This document shows positions 38,901 to 52,200 of a DNA stretch of 64,000 nt, piece by piece. Origin of the DNA: Haliotis rufescens (lineage: Eukaryota); assembly GCF_023055435.1 (NCBI RefSeq), contig NW_025964361.1, forward strand, positions 38,378,001-38,442,000, given 5' to 3'. Numbering within the stretch: position 1 is the stretch's first letter; each line of letters starts with the position of its first letter. The notes below the pieces were generated by a model. It was given only the letters and a program-made list of their open reading frames with translations, was not told where the DNA came from and did no database searches. A program made the position numbers and the translations under genes.

Positions 38901-40002
38901 TTATTTATAGCAATATGAATTGGGAGTACTCAATGATCAATATAGATGGACTGTCATGTTCAGGATCAGTTTTGCAACTGTATTGGAGGTGATACTGGTA
39001 GCCTGAACTGCACACTGATCATGATTCATAGACAAGAGAAATTTGACAATGAATCCTTGATATGTTGTAACAATTTGGATGAGCAATGAAAATAAGATTG
39101 TATCATACCTGTGGCTTAGTGCTTCCTTCTGTGTTTGCAATATCAAAATACAGTGGAACCTTGGTGACTCAAACTCATTACTCTCTTTAGTACTTCAAAG
39201 GATGCTGATTCATGGTACCAGCACAATTGTTCTATATCAATATTATCCTGATGAAGTCACAATTACATGTTCGAATTATTAATCAAAACAGCCAATGTGT
39301 AGTACCATGTTTTCGGGTCCTCTGTATCAATATACATGGTAATTTAACCTCACTACCCCAAAGGATCCACTCTGACAGCGAGTACTTGCAGCAGTGATGG
39401 GGCCACTCAGAGACTGCCCCTTGCCAGCTTCCTTCATTCAGTTGAGATTGCTGTGTGATTTCAGTTTCAGTAAAGTTGCTAATCAGTTCAGGGGATTTAA
39501 TACAAATCTAACTGGACCCAACAAGTTAATTCCCCTTGTAGTATGAATACCACTGATTATTTTTCTGAATAATATCAGTTGTTAGTGCATTAAGAAATGA
39601 TACCACATTCCTTACATATTTTAGAATATCTGTGGGTGGTTATTTTGGGATTGTCATGCTTTGATTATGGTCTCTTTGGGAGAATTGATAATCAAGTCAA
39701 ACATTGTTATATTAGGGTCACGTGTGGCCCAGTCATCTGAGGTATAGCAATTTGCTGTGCACTGTTGTGTTTAAGCATGTGCCATGGTCCTATGATAATG
39801 GTTTTGAATCTCAGATTCATTGTGATTATGATCCTAGGTTTTACCATACATGTGCTCATGTTAGACCAAAGTGGTCCAAGATCTGCATCACACAGAGCCT
39901 TCCTCATATAAAGCTGACATGTCGTGATATAACTGACATCCTGTTCAAAGCAGTGTTACAACCAACTCACACATTGTTATTTGGTTGTTCACATACTTGA
40001 TT

Positions 40003-40145
40003 CAGTGAGCTGGAGTTCATGCCGCTGTTAGCAGTATTCCAGCAGTATCACGACAGGGCACACCTGACCTAGGCTTCACACATTGTACCCATGTGGGGAA
40101 ATGAACCAGGGTCTTCAGCGTATTTAACCACTATTCTACCCCACA
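40003..40145 (-). mobile_element. SINE family A, diverged/partial
   Basis: ggcttcacacattgtacccatgtgggga..gggtcttcagcg. Confidence 0.7.
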
Positions 40146-40794
40146 TACTTGACCCCACATACTTTGACAACCCATCTCTCCCTCTAAATAACTGGATGTA
40201 TCTCCAACTGTCTCCAGAAAGTGGAGTTACCAAGTTTTCACTGTACATGGTCCTTATGGATATGGTACATCTACAAATGTCAGATACAACACATAAAGAG
40301 CCATTTCTAGAAATGCCACCCACTATCAGTATTCTGTTTATGAAATATTAGTTGTCATATATAAGAATTGATGGTCAATTTTGTTTGTATATGCGCCGTT
40401 AGACATGTCTATATGGAGTTTGAAGTAGAACATGCTTTGTAATATGCAACTGTATCATAAATGTTTTTAGAGGTCAGAAAAAGTGATTAGAATGTTTTGC
40501 TAGTCAAGTATATTGTTATGCAAGTTGTTTCCTGAAGAATCTCTGTCATAGAGAATATATCCAGAAATACTAGTCCCTTATGAGTATATTTTCAAGAATT
40601 CCTATTCCATGCTGTATGCCAGTCCCCACATTATTTTGGCTTCACTGGTATACAGTAGATATTCTCTGCTATGTGAAACAATGTTTATTCTTACATTATG
40701 TTAGTAGTTTTCTTCAATTCTAACCAAGCGTATTTACGTACATGTCACTAAGCGAACCATCATCTACTAAGTGGCATGTAGAAACTGTAGTATC

Positions 40795-40945
40795 AAAGAA
40801 CACAGGATTGACTTGTGGATTTCAGCGTCTTTATTCTTTTAATGCTATGTTTCGGTACAGATGCTAGTACCTTTATCAGGCAAGATATTCCTGTATCGAG
40901 ACATCACCCAAAAAAATAAATTCATGGATCAATCCTGTCTTTAAA
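40795..40945 (-). mobile_element. Penelope-like remnant with decayed hammerhead ribozyme motif
   Basis: Minus strand CTGATAAA-GGTAC-tagcatct-GTACC-GAAAC followed by AATAAA; flanking inverted copy acaggattga/tcaatcctgt. Confidence 0.5.
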
Positions 40946-43900
40946 GTACTATTAAACATCAATAAGATTTTGTTCAGAGCTCATGTAAGTCCTGTTGTCT
41001 TTTTTGTTATGTGCCGTGTAAATGTTTAGCTGAACTAGATGCAAGGTCCATGGAAGCTGATGTCAAGGGTGTTGTCTATCAATCCATCTGCAGTCAATCT
41101 TTTTTCTGAACTACAAAGTCAGAGGAGCTGAAAAGTAGTACACATGATGTCATCATGCTTATCACTGAACAAGCCCGAACTGAGAGAAATAAGCTGTGAG
41201 GAATTTTTGTTTTCATATTATAGACAGCTGTTGTGATGATGTCAACATTCCCCAGATCCATGTGAGGTAGAAATTAGTTGATAGTGAACAAGAAGGTCTT
41301 AATTTTAATCATGGCAGCATTATTTCAATTTAGTGGTCATGAAAAGCATTATAAAAAATGTGTTACATGTATGAAGGAATCTCGAATCCATATATTTTTG
41401 GTGAGCTACATAACCTTATAGCCATTTCCTTGCTACCATAGAACATATGATCATGACTTGTGTATGTCATTTATAGTTAACCTATAATCAATCCAATTAT
41501 TCAAAGAGACGATGTCTTCCTTTCAATGGAATTGTGATACTGAAATATTTGCATTGCAGTATTTAACCTTTCTGCAGCCAGTATTGTATTCACTTTACTT
41601 ATTTACTTATGAAAATTTCTGTTGATATCATTAACGTTTGTTAGTAGGGTAGTCTTTCCTTGTTGTGATGTCAAGTTATACCCACTGAAGATTGTTAGTG
41701 TCATCGTTGCATCTAGCTTGTAGCAATATGTACTTTACAACTGACAGAAAATCAGGGAATTGACCACTGTAATCCTCTATATCACATTGGTTCATCCAGT
41801 CTCAAGAGCATGTGTGACCCATGGTCTGAGGTGCAAATATTTGCTGTACAAAGTTGAGACCTTTGCTTGTCATGTGTTTGAATCCCAGGTTAACTGGATA
41901 AGGATCCTTGGTTTGTTAGCACCAAAACATGCTGTGCTCATGGCAAGGCTTGTCGATTTTGCTTAATCCGACATTAAGCTGACATGACTGAAGCTGTGTT
42001 TAGCCATTTCACTCTTTCAGCTTCAGAACTACTTTGCCAGTCAATGTTGAGTATGCATGTTGTTGCATGCATGGCATGTTAAAGCAATGAATATGGTCAA
42101 GTAAAAATTTGGTCTCCCTTGGAATAGAGGCATCTCTGTTGATAAGATGCTATTGCAGACATATTTTAACACAGCCAGTTTGCCATCATCATATGCTACT
42201 CAACACTTGGTAAGGACCACACCTTTTGACTCAAGATAACTATTTTGGCCTTAGCTAATGTTGAATAGTGTAGATTTAAAGCCATTAATGGGGAAAGTAC
42301 TTGTGTGATTTTTTTACTTTGGACATTTTTCTGTCTGCATGTGCATTTTACACTTTCTACTACCAACAGCTCTCGATTTCAAATTTTCAGTAAATTATTA
42401 TTTTTGATAACCTTTTCTTGACATTAGGATTGTGTAATCTCTGCGGAAATGCGGAAAATCACACTTTTTAAAACAGTAAAAAAAACAGCGTAAAAATATA
42501 ATCAAAGATTATTTTTTACAATTATTAGTTGTAGATATGTGTACAAATAAATGAGTTAGTGAAGTTAATAGGAATGTTCAAGAACATAGATATCAGATAC
42601 AGTCAACTGGAAGATAAGCAATCCCTAATTATCTGTCACTTGTATAATTTTTGTTATCTTTGTGTGGTTCGAAACATTGTTCAAACTGGAAAATATCTAA
42701 ATAGTACAACTACCATGACAAATTCCATCTTGGGTTCAAGTGCCTTCACATGAGAACTATTTTATAAAAATAATGACACTTGTTTATCCAATTCTGAAAT
42801 TTTTGTTTGTATATTTGGCAGACATCGTGAACTTGGTTCATGTTTAACATGTCTTGTTTTCATCTTTTCTGAACCAAAGGCCTAAATGAAGTTATGATAT
42901 TGTCTGTTTGCCTTGTTGTGCTTGAGGAAAGCAACAGCATCATTCATCGAACAGGACAAACGTATTGTCACCAAAGATCACACTTAGTATATTTCGTGGG
43001 TTCAATAATAAATTTTTGATATGACACTGTTGAATTAGACTTTGGTAAGTTGGGTTTATTTTGTTGTCAATAATTCTTTCAAGCCAAAATATGAAAGGCT
43101 CCAAATCTTTAAATATTATTGGATTTAAGATCTGCATGATGTATTAAAGAATGGTGAGCTAGAAGAATCTTTAGTTAAAATTTCTAATTAGAAAAGGACA
43201 GGTCATAAAACTTGTTACATGGAATTCTATTTTATTTCGATTTTAGTTTTTAATTAAATTAAATTTATATCCAAGTCTAAACAGCTAAGACCCAAATATA
43301 ATATATGTGAAATTTAACCTATTGCAATTACCTATTTTCTGTTATATGTATACTGCTAAGAAAAACATAAGGGCAGACAGTCCGATTCTTTGAATGAATC
43401 GTGTGGGCCATAACGTTTTTTTACTATTGTATGAAGAGAGATAGTCTTCGGATAATGCATCAGTGTGCAGATAATGAAACTTCATAAAATATTTTTACAT
43501 CACAGTCTCCAAACTTGCTCCTATGTTTATATTATGTGTATTGCAAAACAACTGTGCTCTATTTAACTATGATGTATTTATTGGCTTTCTGTGGTTCAAC
43601 ATCTAAGGGTTTGTTTATGTTTTTGTTTACCTATGTCATATAAAGTATGTAGGCATTGGACTCTACCTTGTAGACAACATTATTTTTCATTCTATATAAT
43701 TTTAATATTGCGAGAGCAGTATTATGGGTCAAATGTTAAACATGTATTCACTATGTAAATGATATAACAGCAGACATGTTCTCACAATGTGGAACTTTGG
43801 TACAGGATAAGAAGGAGCTACAGACAACACTCTAATCACGCTCCCAGGTAAACAGACATCATAGACAGTTTGTTATCAGTGAGAAACAATGTTTAGTAGG

Positions 43901-45384
43901 GCAAAGGACTCAGGTCACATATATTGTTTTACACAGCAGAAAATCAGTTTTGTTTGATTGAAAAATCCCCATACATCCATCAGTTATAGAATCTAAGAAA
44001 TATAGAATAAACCAATATATGTATATATGTTAATTTCCATGTCCTGTACATTAGATGAGCTAAATATGAACATATTACTTGTTATGGTTGTTGATTACCA
44101 GTTACACATTATGCATAGTTTGTGCTAATTTATGCTAGAGATAAGGAGATAAGTGCTGGGGGTACCTCATGCAACCATATGGTACACAGCAACTTATTTT
44201 CACATGGGGTTTATTCCAAGTTGAGTGATAATAAATTGTTTTATAAAAATAAATCTATTGGCTTTTCTTATTTGTGATATTTCAATTATATGCCAACTAT
44301 TGTTGTGACTTCAGTTTTTTTGCGCTTTTTGTTGCCTATGCAGAGAAGATTAATCTGGACTGTACATGACTGGCAAGCACTTGAGATGATATCATCCTCT
44401 CAAGGCTATGTAGTTTTGAGATGGCTTCCTGAATTAGTCATCTTATGTAATCCCATTTGTTTCAGTGATAATGCTAAGCGGTCCACCATATTGTAAATTT
44501 GTTTCAGCTATTAACTTGATAGATAGCAGTAGGGATAACCTTTGTAATAGTATGTGTTCACGTCAGATGTATCTAAAGACAATGCCACACTCAGCAATAT
44601 CCCAGCTACATCACAAGGACCAGTAACTAACCGATTCTGGGTATAACAAACCAGTGACTGAAACCATAAGGAAAGATCAGCGCCATATGGGGCACCATGA
44701 CATGCACTCGGCCAGCTCACCGAGCCTTTCACCCAAAGCCTGCTATGACAATGGGGACCTTGCTTCCCTGGAATCCCACTGGAAAGAAAGTCTCAAGTGC
44801 TGTCTTGGATGTATGTATGTAAATTATTCACAGGTGTCCATGAACATATACTAAAAAAAACAACAGAAAATCAAACGCTGAAAAATACATTTATATCCCA
44901 AACATAAGTAGAAAACTATACAGTTGCAGCCTTCGAAATTTGCCTTTTCAAAAGCCAGTCATCAACGGTTGTAGTTAGTTCTGCTTGAACAAGACAAAAA
45001 TGTTTATTCTGTTTTTATTTCTGTCAGTTTTATTCAGCTTCTAGCAAAATTGAAGCACTGAGAAGTGGTTCAGAATTATGGGCCTCAAATGCTGCTAGTC
45101 AACGAGGACTACTATCACTGGAGTTTTGGGCAAACAGACAAGCTTGAATTTCAAAGGCTGCACTTATATAAACTGATTCACATTCTTCAATAACAAAAAA
45201 GTATCTCAAACAAGATATGACACCTGAGATTAAGCTGAAATATGAGACTGGTCATATAAAAATTGTTTGTCAATGAAATGGCAGCAGAATACACAAACAA
45301 GATCTTTGTGTTTTATAGAAGAAATCCTGGAATGCAATTTGTGGGCATATTGCTCCCAGGATGGGTCTACATTGGTTAGGCCAG

Positions 45385-47790
45385 TCTGACCTATAATCCC
45401 CACAGGGAGACAAGCATGGGGTACTGGGGACCTACTTTGACCTTTAATCCCCACAGGGAGACAAGCATGGGATACTGGGGACCTACTTTGACCTATAATC
45501 CCCATAGGGAGACAAGCATGGGGTACTGGGGACCTACTCTGACCTTTAATCCCAACAGAGAGACAAGAATGAGGTATTGGTCCTGGGGGACAACCAACTC
45601 TCACCTACACTTCCCTTAGGGAGACAAGCATGGGATACTTGGTATCTACTCTGACCTATAATCCCCACATGGAGACAAGCATGGGATACTGAGGACCTAC
45701 TCTGACCTAAATTCCCCACAGGGAGACAGCATGGGATACTGGGGACCTACTCTGACCCACATTCCCCACAGGGAGTCAGCATGGGAAACTGAGGACCTAC
45801 TCTGACCCACATTCTCCATAGGGAAACAGCATGGGATAATGAGGACCTATTCTGACCCACATTCTCCATAGGAAAACAGCCTGGGATAATGGGGACCACT
45901 CTGACCCACATTCCCCACAGGGAGTCAGCATGGGATAATGGGGACCTACTCTGACCCACATTCCCCACAGGGAATCAGCATGGGATACTGGAGACCTACT
46001 CTGACCCACATTCCCCACAGGGAGACAGCATGGGATACTGGGGACCTACTCTGACCCACATTCCCCACAGGGAGTCAGCATGGGATACTGAGGACCTACT
46101 CTGACCCACATTCCCCACAGGGAGACAGCATGGGATACTGGGGACCTACTCTGACCCACATTCCCCACAGGGAGTCAGCATGGGATACTGGGGACCTATT
46201 CTGACCCACATTCCCCACAGGGAGACAGCATGGGATACTGAGGACCTACTCTGACCCACATTCCCCACAGGGAGTCAGCATGGGATACTGGGGACCTACT
46301 CTTACCCACATTCCCCACAGGGAGACAGCATGGGATACTGAGGACCTACTCTGACCCACATTCCCCACAGGGAGTCAGCATGGGATACTGGGGACCTATT
46401 CTGACCCACATTCCCCACAGGGAGACAGCATGGGATACTGAGGACCTACTCTGACCCACATTCCCCACAGGGAGTCAGCATGGGATACTGGGGACCTACT
46501 CTTACCCACATTCCCCACAGGGAGACAGCATGGGATACTGAGGACCTACTCTGACCCACATTCCCCACAGGGAGTCAGCATGGGATACTGGGGACCTATT
46601 CTGACCCACATTATCCATAGGAAAACAGCATGGGATACTGAGGACCTACTCTGACCTACATTCCCCACAGGGAGTCAGCATGGGATACTGGGTACCTCTT
46701 CTGACATATAATCCCCACAGGGAAACAGCATGGGATACTGGGGACCTACTCTGACCCACATTCTCCAAAGGGAAACAGCATGGGATACTGAGGACCTACT
46801 CAGACCCACATTCTCCATAGGGAAACAGCCTGGGATACTGGGGACCTACTCTGACCCACATTCTCCAAAGGGAAACAGCATGGGATACTGAGGACCTACT
46901 CTGACCTACATTCTCTAAAGGGATACAGCATGGGATAATGGGGACCTACTCTGACCCACATTCTCCATAGGGAAACAGCATGGGATAATGGGGACCTACT
47001 CTGACCTACATTCCTAACAGGGAGACAGCATGGGATACTGGGGACCAACTCTGACCTACATTCCCCACAGGGAAACAGCATGGGATAATGGGGACCTACT
47101 CTGACCCACATTCTCCATAGGGAAACAGCCTGGGATACTGAGGACCACTCTGACCCACATTCCCCACAGGGAGACAGCATGGGATACTGGGGACCTACTC
47201 TGACCCACATTCCCCATAGGGAAACAGCATGGGATAATGGGGACCTACTCTGACCTACATTCCCAACAGGGAGACAGCATGGGATACTGGGGACCAACTC
47301 TGACCTACATTCCCCACAGGGAAACAGCATGGGATACTGGGGACCAACTCTGACCTACATTCCCCACAGGGAAACAGCATGGGATAATGGGGACCTACTC
47401 TGACCCACATTCTCCATAGGGAAACAGCCTGGGATACTGAGGACCACTCTGACCCACATTCCCCACAGGGAGACAGCATGGGATACTGGGGACCTACTCT
47501 GACCCACATTCCCCATAGGGAAACAGCATGGGATAATGGGGACCTACTCTGACCTACATTCCCAACAGGGAGACAGCATGGGATACTGGGGACCAACTCT
47601 GACCTACATTCCCCACAGGGAAACAGCATGGGATACTGGGGACCTACTCTGACCTACATTCCCCACAGGGAAACAGCATGGGATAATGGGGACCTACTCT
47701 GACCCACATTCTCCATAGGGAGACAGCCTGGGATACTGAGGACCTACTCTGACCTACATTCCCCACAGGGAGACAGCACGGGATACTGGT
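45385..47790. repeat. 50-bp tandem satellite (~48 copies) with higher-order repeats
   Basis: Unit gggagacagcatgggatactggggacctactctgacccacattccccaca, directly visible. Confidence 0.97.
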
Positions 47791-48619
47791 GATCTTTCTG
47801 AGTAGCTAAGGATCATCTTGTGACCTAAAGAACTTTACGCCATCAATAATCTTTCCCTCAAATTACAGGTTCGTTAAGTACAAGAGACCAGATTAGCCCC
47901 AAAGGCAATGAACATGGTTAATAGCAGCGGGGCAAATCAGACAATTCACCTCAAGTACAGGTTTGTACAGACACAAAGGTTGTATGAATAAAATATAATA
48001 AACAACATTTCCTACAACTTAATATGGCCCTTTTTCCAAATTTTAACATAAGTATGAGACAAAATTAATATTATATTGCTTGTGTTCCACAGCATTAGAA
48101 AATAGTTATTTTTACATGAATTATTATTTATAAACTGATTGACCATGAGAATGTTAAATGAAACTATACTACTCCACTTTTGATAGGGATATTTTTATAT
48201 TCATATCTGATTATCCCTATTTAAAGTTAAGTAATATACATGCTGATCCAGCAAGATCATACATTCTTAAAAAATATAGAACATCCAAATGCTTGCACAC
48301 CATGACAGATTAACTATAGCAATATGAAAGAATAGGGTGTTCTGGAACTTCTTTTGAGCAGTATAGCTCTAGGACTCATATCACTCACGTCACATGACTG
48401 TACCGTGGAACATTGATACTTATGTCATTGTATTTAACCTAACAAGTGTCACAGACGCAAAATGAAGTACAAGGCAAGGGGGTACATATTAACATGCCAC
48501 AGATGATGTGATAGGGTCAGTCTTGAGTCACAATTGAACAGTCATTTACAAAGATGTTCTCCTATATACTCTACAGTCCCTACAAAAAACATGAATGTTG
48601 GAAGTAGTCTTAATTTGGG

Positions 48620-49065
48620 TGAAGTGAGGTGAAATGGGGGTGAGGTGATGTGAAATTGGGTTAGACATCGCGTTCAAGATTATTGCACTAATACAACGAC
48701 GGTGAGCGTGCATGCAACTCAGACACAGTATACAGACTCTGAGCTGCTGGGTCCTTGTTTTACCCCCTTGTGCAGGCAGTAACAACAAGTACCATATTTT
48801 AATGTCTTTTAGTATGAGTGAGTGAGTATGGTTTTACGCCGCTTTTAGCAATATTCCAGCAATATCACGGCGGGGGACACCAGAAATGGGCTTCACACAT
48901 TGTACCCGTGTCGGGAATCGAACCCGGGTCTTCAGCGTGACGAGCGAACGCTTTAACCACTAGGCTACCCGACCGCCCCTCTTTTAGTATGAAGCGAATG
49001 GGGTTAGAACCATCGACCTTCAGGTCTCTGGAGAGACGCTCTGTTCACAAGACCACAGAGGTGGT
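48620..49065 (-). mobile_element. SINE family C (internally deleted; hosts family A insertion)
   Basis: Homology to 62852-63211 on both sides of the nested copy. Confidence 0.75.
48818..48979 (-). mobile_element. SINE family A nested in a family C SINE
   Basis: Very similar to the other full copies; 13-bp TSD tcttttagtatga. Confidence 0.92.
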
Positions 49066-49244
49066 ATAGTCTTTGATGGAACCGTTGCTTTTATTGAATG
49101 TCTAACAAATAGTGTTGTATCAGTCGAACCAGTCTCAGAATGAAGCTATGATTGTGAATAGGCCCAGGATGCATATCATAATAGAATGTAGATCTCTGAG
49201 ATGGGGACTACATGTACTGTGATATAACAGTTGTTGTAGACGCA

Positions 49245-52200
49245 CTAGCTGATGACACGATCCATCATGAACTTGACTGCCTCCTTCTTCTTGAGGACTC
49301 GGGGCACTTTGTACTGCACAGAGGAGGCTGTGGTGTTCTGGATCATGAAATGCCGAAGGTCGGCAAATGAGCCTGGCCTGACAAGATGGACTTTCATTGG
49401 TCCGATGCTTCCCTTCTTTCGGAAGGAAATGTAAACATAAGACTGGCTACTCAAAGTCTCATCAATCTGAAATGAGATGTGTTGGAATATTTTACATGCA
49501 TCAAGTCTGGATCTTCACACACACAAAATATAAATTGTGTTTGCATGATTGGAATGGATGTAAACTGGTTTGGATTTTCAGCATAGATACCAAACAAGTC
49601 CAGATGTTGGCATGAAGACGGAACTGGTAGGCAACTAAAGTAAGTGAGAGGATGGTTTTACGTCGCTTTTAGCAATATTCCAGCAATATCAGGAGAGGAA
49701 CACCACAAATTGGCTTCACACATTGTACCCATGTTGGAAATTGAATTTCGGGCTTCGGGTACACGAGTGAATGCTTTTACCACTATGCTAACCCGTTGCC
49801 CGAAACCAAAGTTCAGGTACTGGATATGAATCATGTTAGGGTATATTGAATCAAATAAGTTGGGATTTTTCATTATGTGTGTTTGTTTTGTGTGTTGTTT
49901 AACGCCACACTCAGCAATATTCCAGCTATATGACGGTGGTCTGTAAATAATCAAGTCTGAACTAGACAATCCAGTGATTAACATAATGCGCATCGATCTA
50001 TGAATTGGGATACGATGACATGCATCAACAAAGTCAGCGAGTCTGACCACCCGATCCCATTAGTCGCCTCTTACGACAAGCATAGTCGTCTCTTACAACA
50101 AGCATGGGTTGCTGAAGACCTATGTGCCACTATCAAATATTTGAGACTGTTTAATGGGACAAAGATAAATAGGCCCTCTACAACTCCTAGACATAAACTC
50201 ATCCTTAGATACAAGTAATCCATGATGCTGATGATGAAGTATGCAGCCAGCAGTACCTTGTTCCTGTCTGTGTTAGTAACCGTGGCTGCTCCGCCCGACT
50301 TTGAAGGCTCCACCTCCAGAAACACGTGATAACACGGTGTGCTGCCAACTATACCTACACAGAACATATACACTGCAGTCTCGCAAACTCCTCACATCAT
50401 CATGCCAGCTGCAAGTATTATCAGAACAACTGCAAACATGTGCTATTATCATTACAACTGCTCGCTTTTGTTTAGTTTGTTTGTTAACGCTGCACTCAGC
50501 AATATTCCAGCTATATGACGGCGGTCTGTAAATAATCCAATTTGAACCAGACAATCCAGTGATTGACATCATGAGCATCAATCTAGGCATTTGGATACGA
50601 TGACATGCATCAACCAAGTCAGCAAGTCTGACCACCCGATCCCGTTAGTTGCAGAAAACCGATTCTTACCCGGAATCTTCATATGACCCAACTGCTCACT
50701 AATATCAGGTCAACTGAAGACTATTATCAAACAACTGCCTTTTACTATCAGAACAGAGAGAGAGGCTGAGACAGAGAGACAGAGAGACTGAGAGACACAG
50801 AGACCAGTACAAGTAACAGGAGAGTAAGAAATGTGTTATTTGCTCTTTGTTTCCCTCAACTCAAGCAGGCCAATGTAACCAGGCTAAAACGAAACTTATC
50901 CCAATAATATTTATGAAACAAAAATTACAAATTCATCAAAGGCTTTTATTTTATTATTAATCTCACCATCCAACTAATCACATATCGTAACTGCCAACAT
51001 ACAATAAAGACACCATTTTAGGCAACTACAACCTCAGAAACTACTAAATGGCATCAATGCTGATTGAACATACTTGAGAGTATCCCAGCGTCGTCGACAT
51101 GGATGCTTTCAGCACAGCAGTAGTCCGTGAGGTGGACATCAGACCAGCGTGGCACTGTCTCACTAAGAGCAGAGTAGAAGGACAACTCTGAGGTCTTCTC
51201 CCCACGAACATTCAAGAACTGGCCTTGTCTGGAGGTTATATAACACGTAAATGAAATTAATGTAATTTTAAGCATTAATTTTGTTTACATTTTGATACAT
51301 TTAATAACGCAGACAATCAAATGATTTTTTTTTAAATACACTGATTTTACATCAAGGGTTTCCATATTGAATGGGGTGTCTAGTTTATAAAAAAAGTAAC
51401 ATTCTTGAAATATACACATGACTCTGAAGCTCACCTGTATTATGGCGGTCATGTTAAAATCAGATCAGAACGATAAATGGTGACACCATAGTTGGATTAT
51501 AGCTTTATATGCTTTGTAGTTTCCAATAAAATATCGGGATGGATGAGCAACAGACAATGCCACAACTAACCTCACATGACAAATTTAGAATTCTGAGGTT
51601 TTCACATTTAGGTCACATTCTAATTTCGTAACCTCAGTCGAGAGAATAAAGTTCAAATCAGACAAGGATGCATGGGATGCTGATGAGTGAGTGAGTGAGT
51701 ATGGTTTTACTCCGCTTTTAGCAATATTCCAACAATATCATGGCGGGGGACACCAGAAATGGGCTACACACATTGTACCCATGTGGGGGGAATCAAACCC
51801 ATTTCTTCGGCATGATGGAGTGAACGCTTTAACCACTAGGCTACCCCACTGCCCAGATGCTGATGAATTTTTATTTCAATAATCATGATAATACAACATG
51901 AACAAAGGTATCAGTTTGGGGTTTAATTCATTCAGGTCCCTATGCAACTTCCAAGAGCGTTTGTCAGAGCCCATGAACCAGCAATCCCCAGGACCCACCA
52001 CTGGTATTGCCAACTGATACATAACACTGACAGCTATTGCACATTCCCACCTGTATTTGAACTCGATGATTGGACACTGATTGTAGAAGCCAGTCACCTT
52101 GACAACATCTCCGAACCTGTATCTGTAGACGCAGCTGAGGTTGGTGATGGCCAGCTCATACTCATGATCTGCTTCAACCTGGCAACAAATGTTCAACATC

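Noticed and set aside
41262-41285. TGAGGTAG let-7-like start
   Set aside because: Matches only the first 8 nt; no precursor hairpin seen.
45230-47629. Cys-rich ORFs (PCGECGSE) resembling zinc fingers, and a CRISPR-like appearance
   Set aside because: Translations of a 50-bp satellite; no unique spacers, no cas genes, eukaryotic context.
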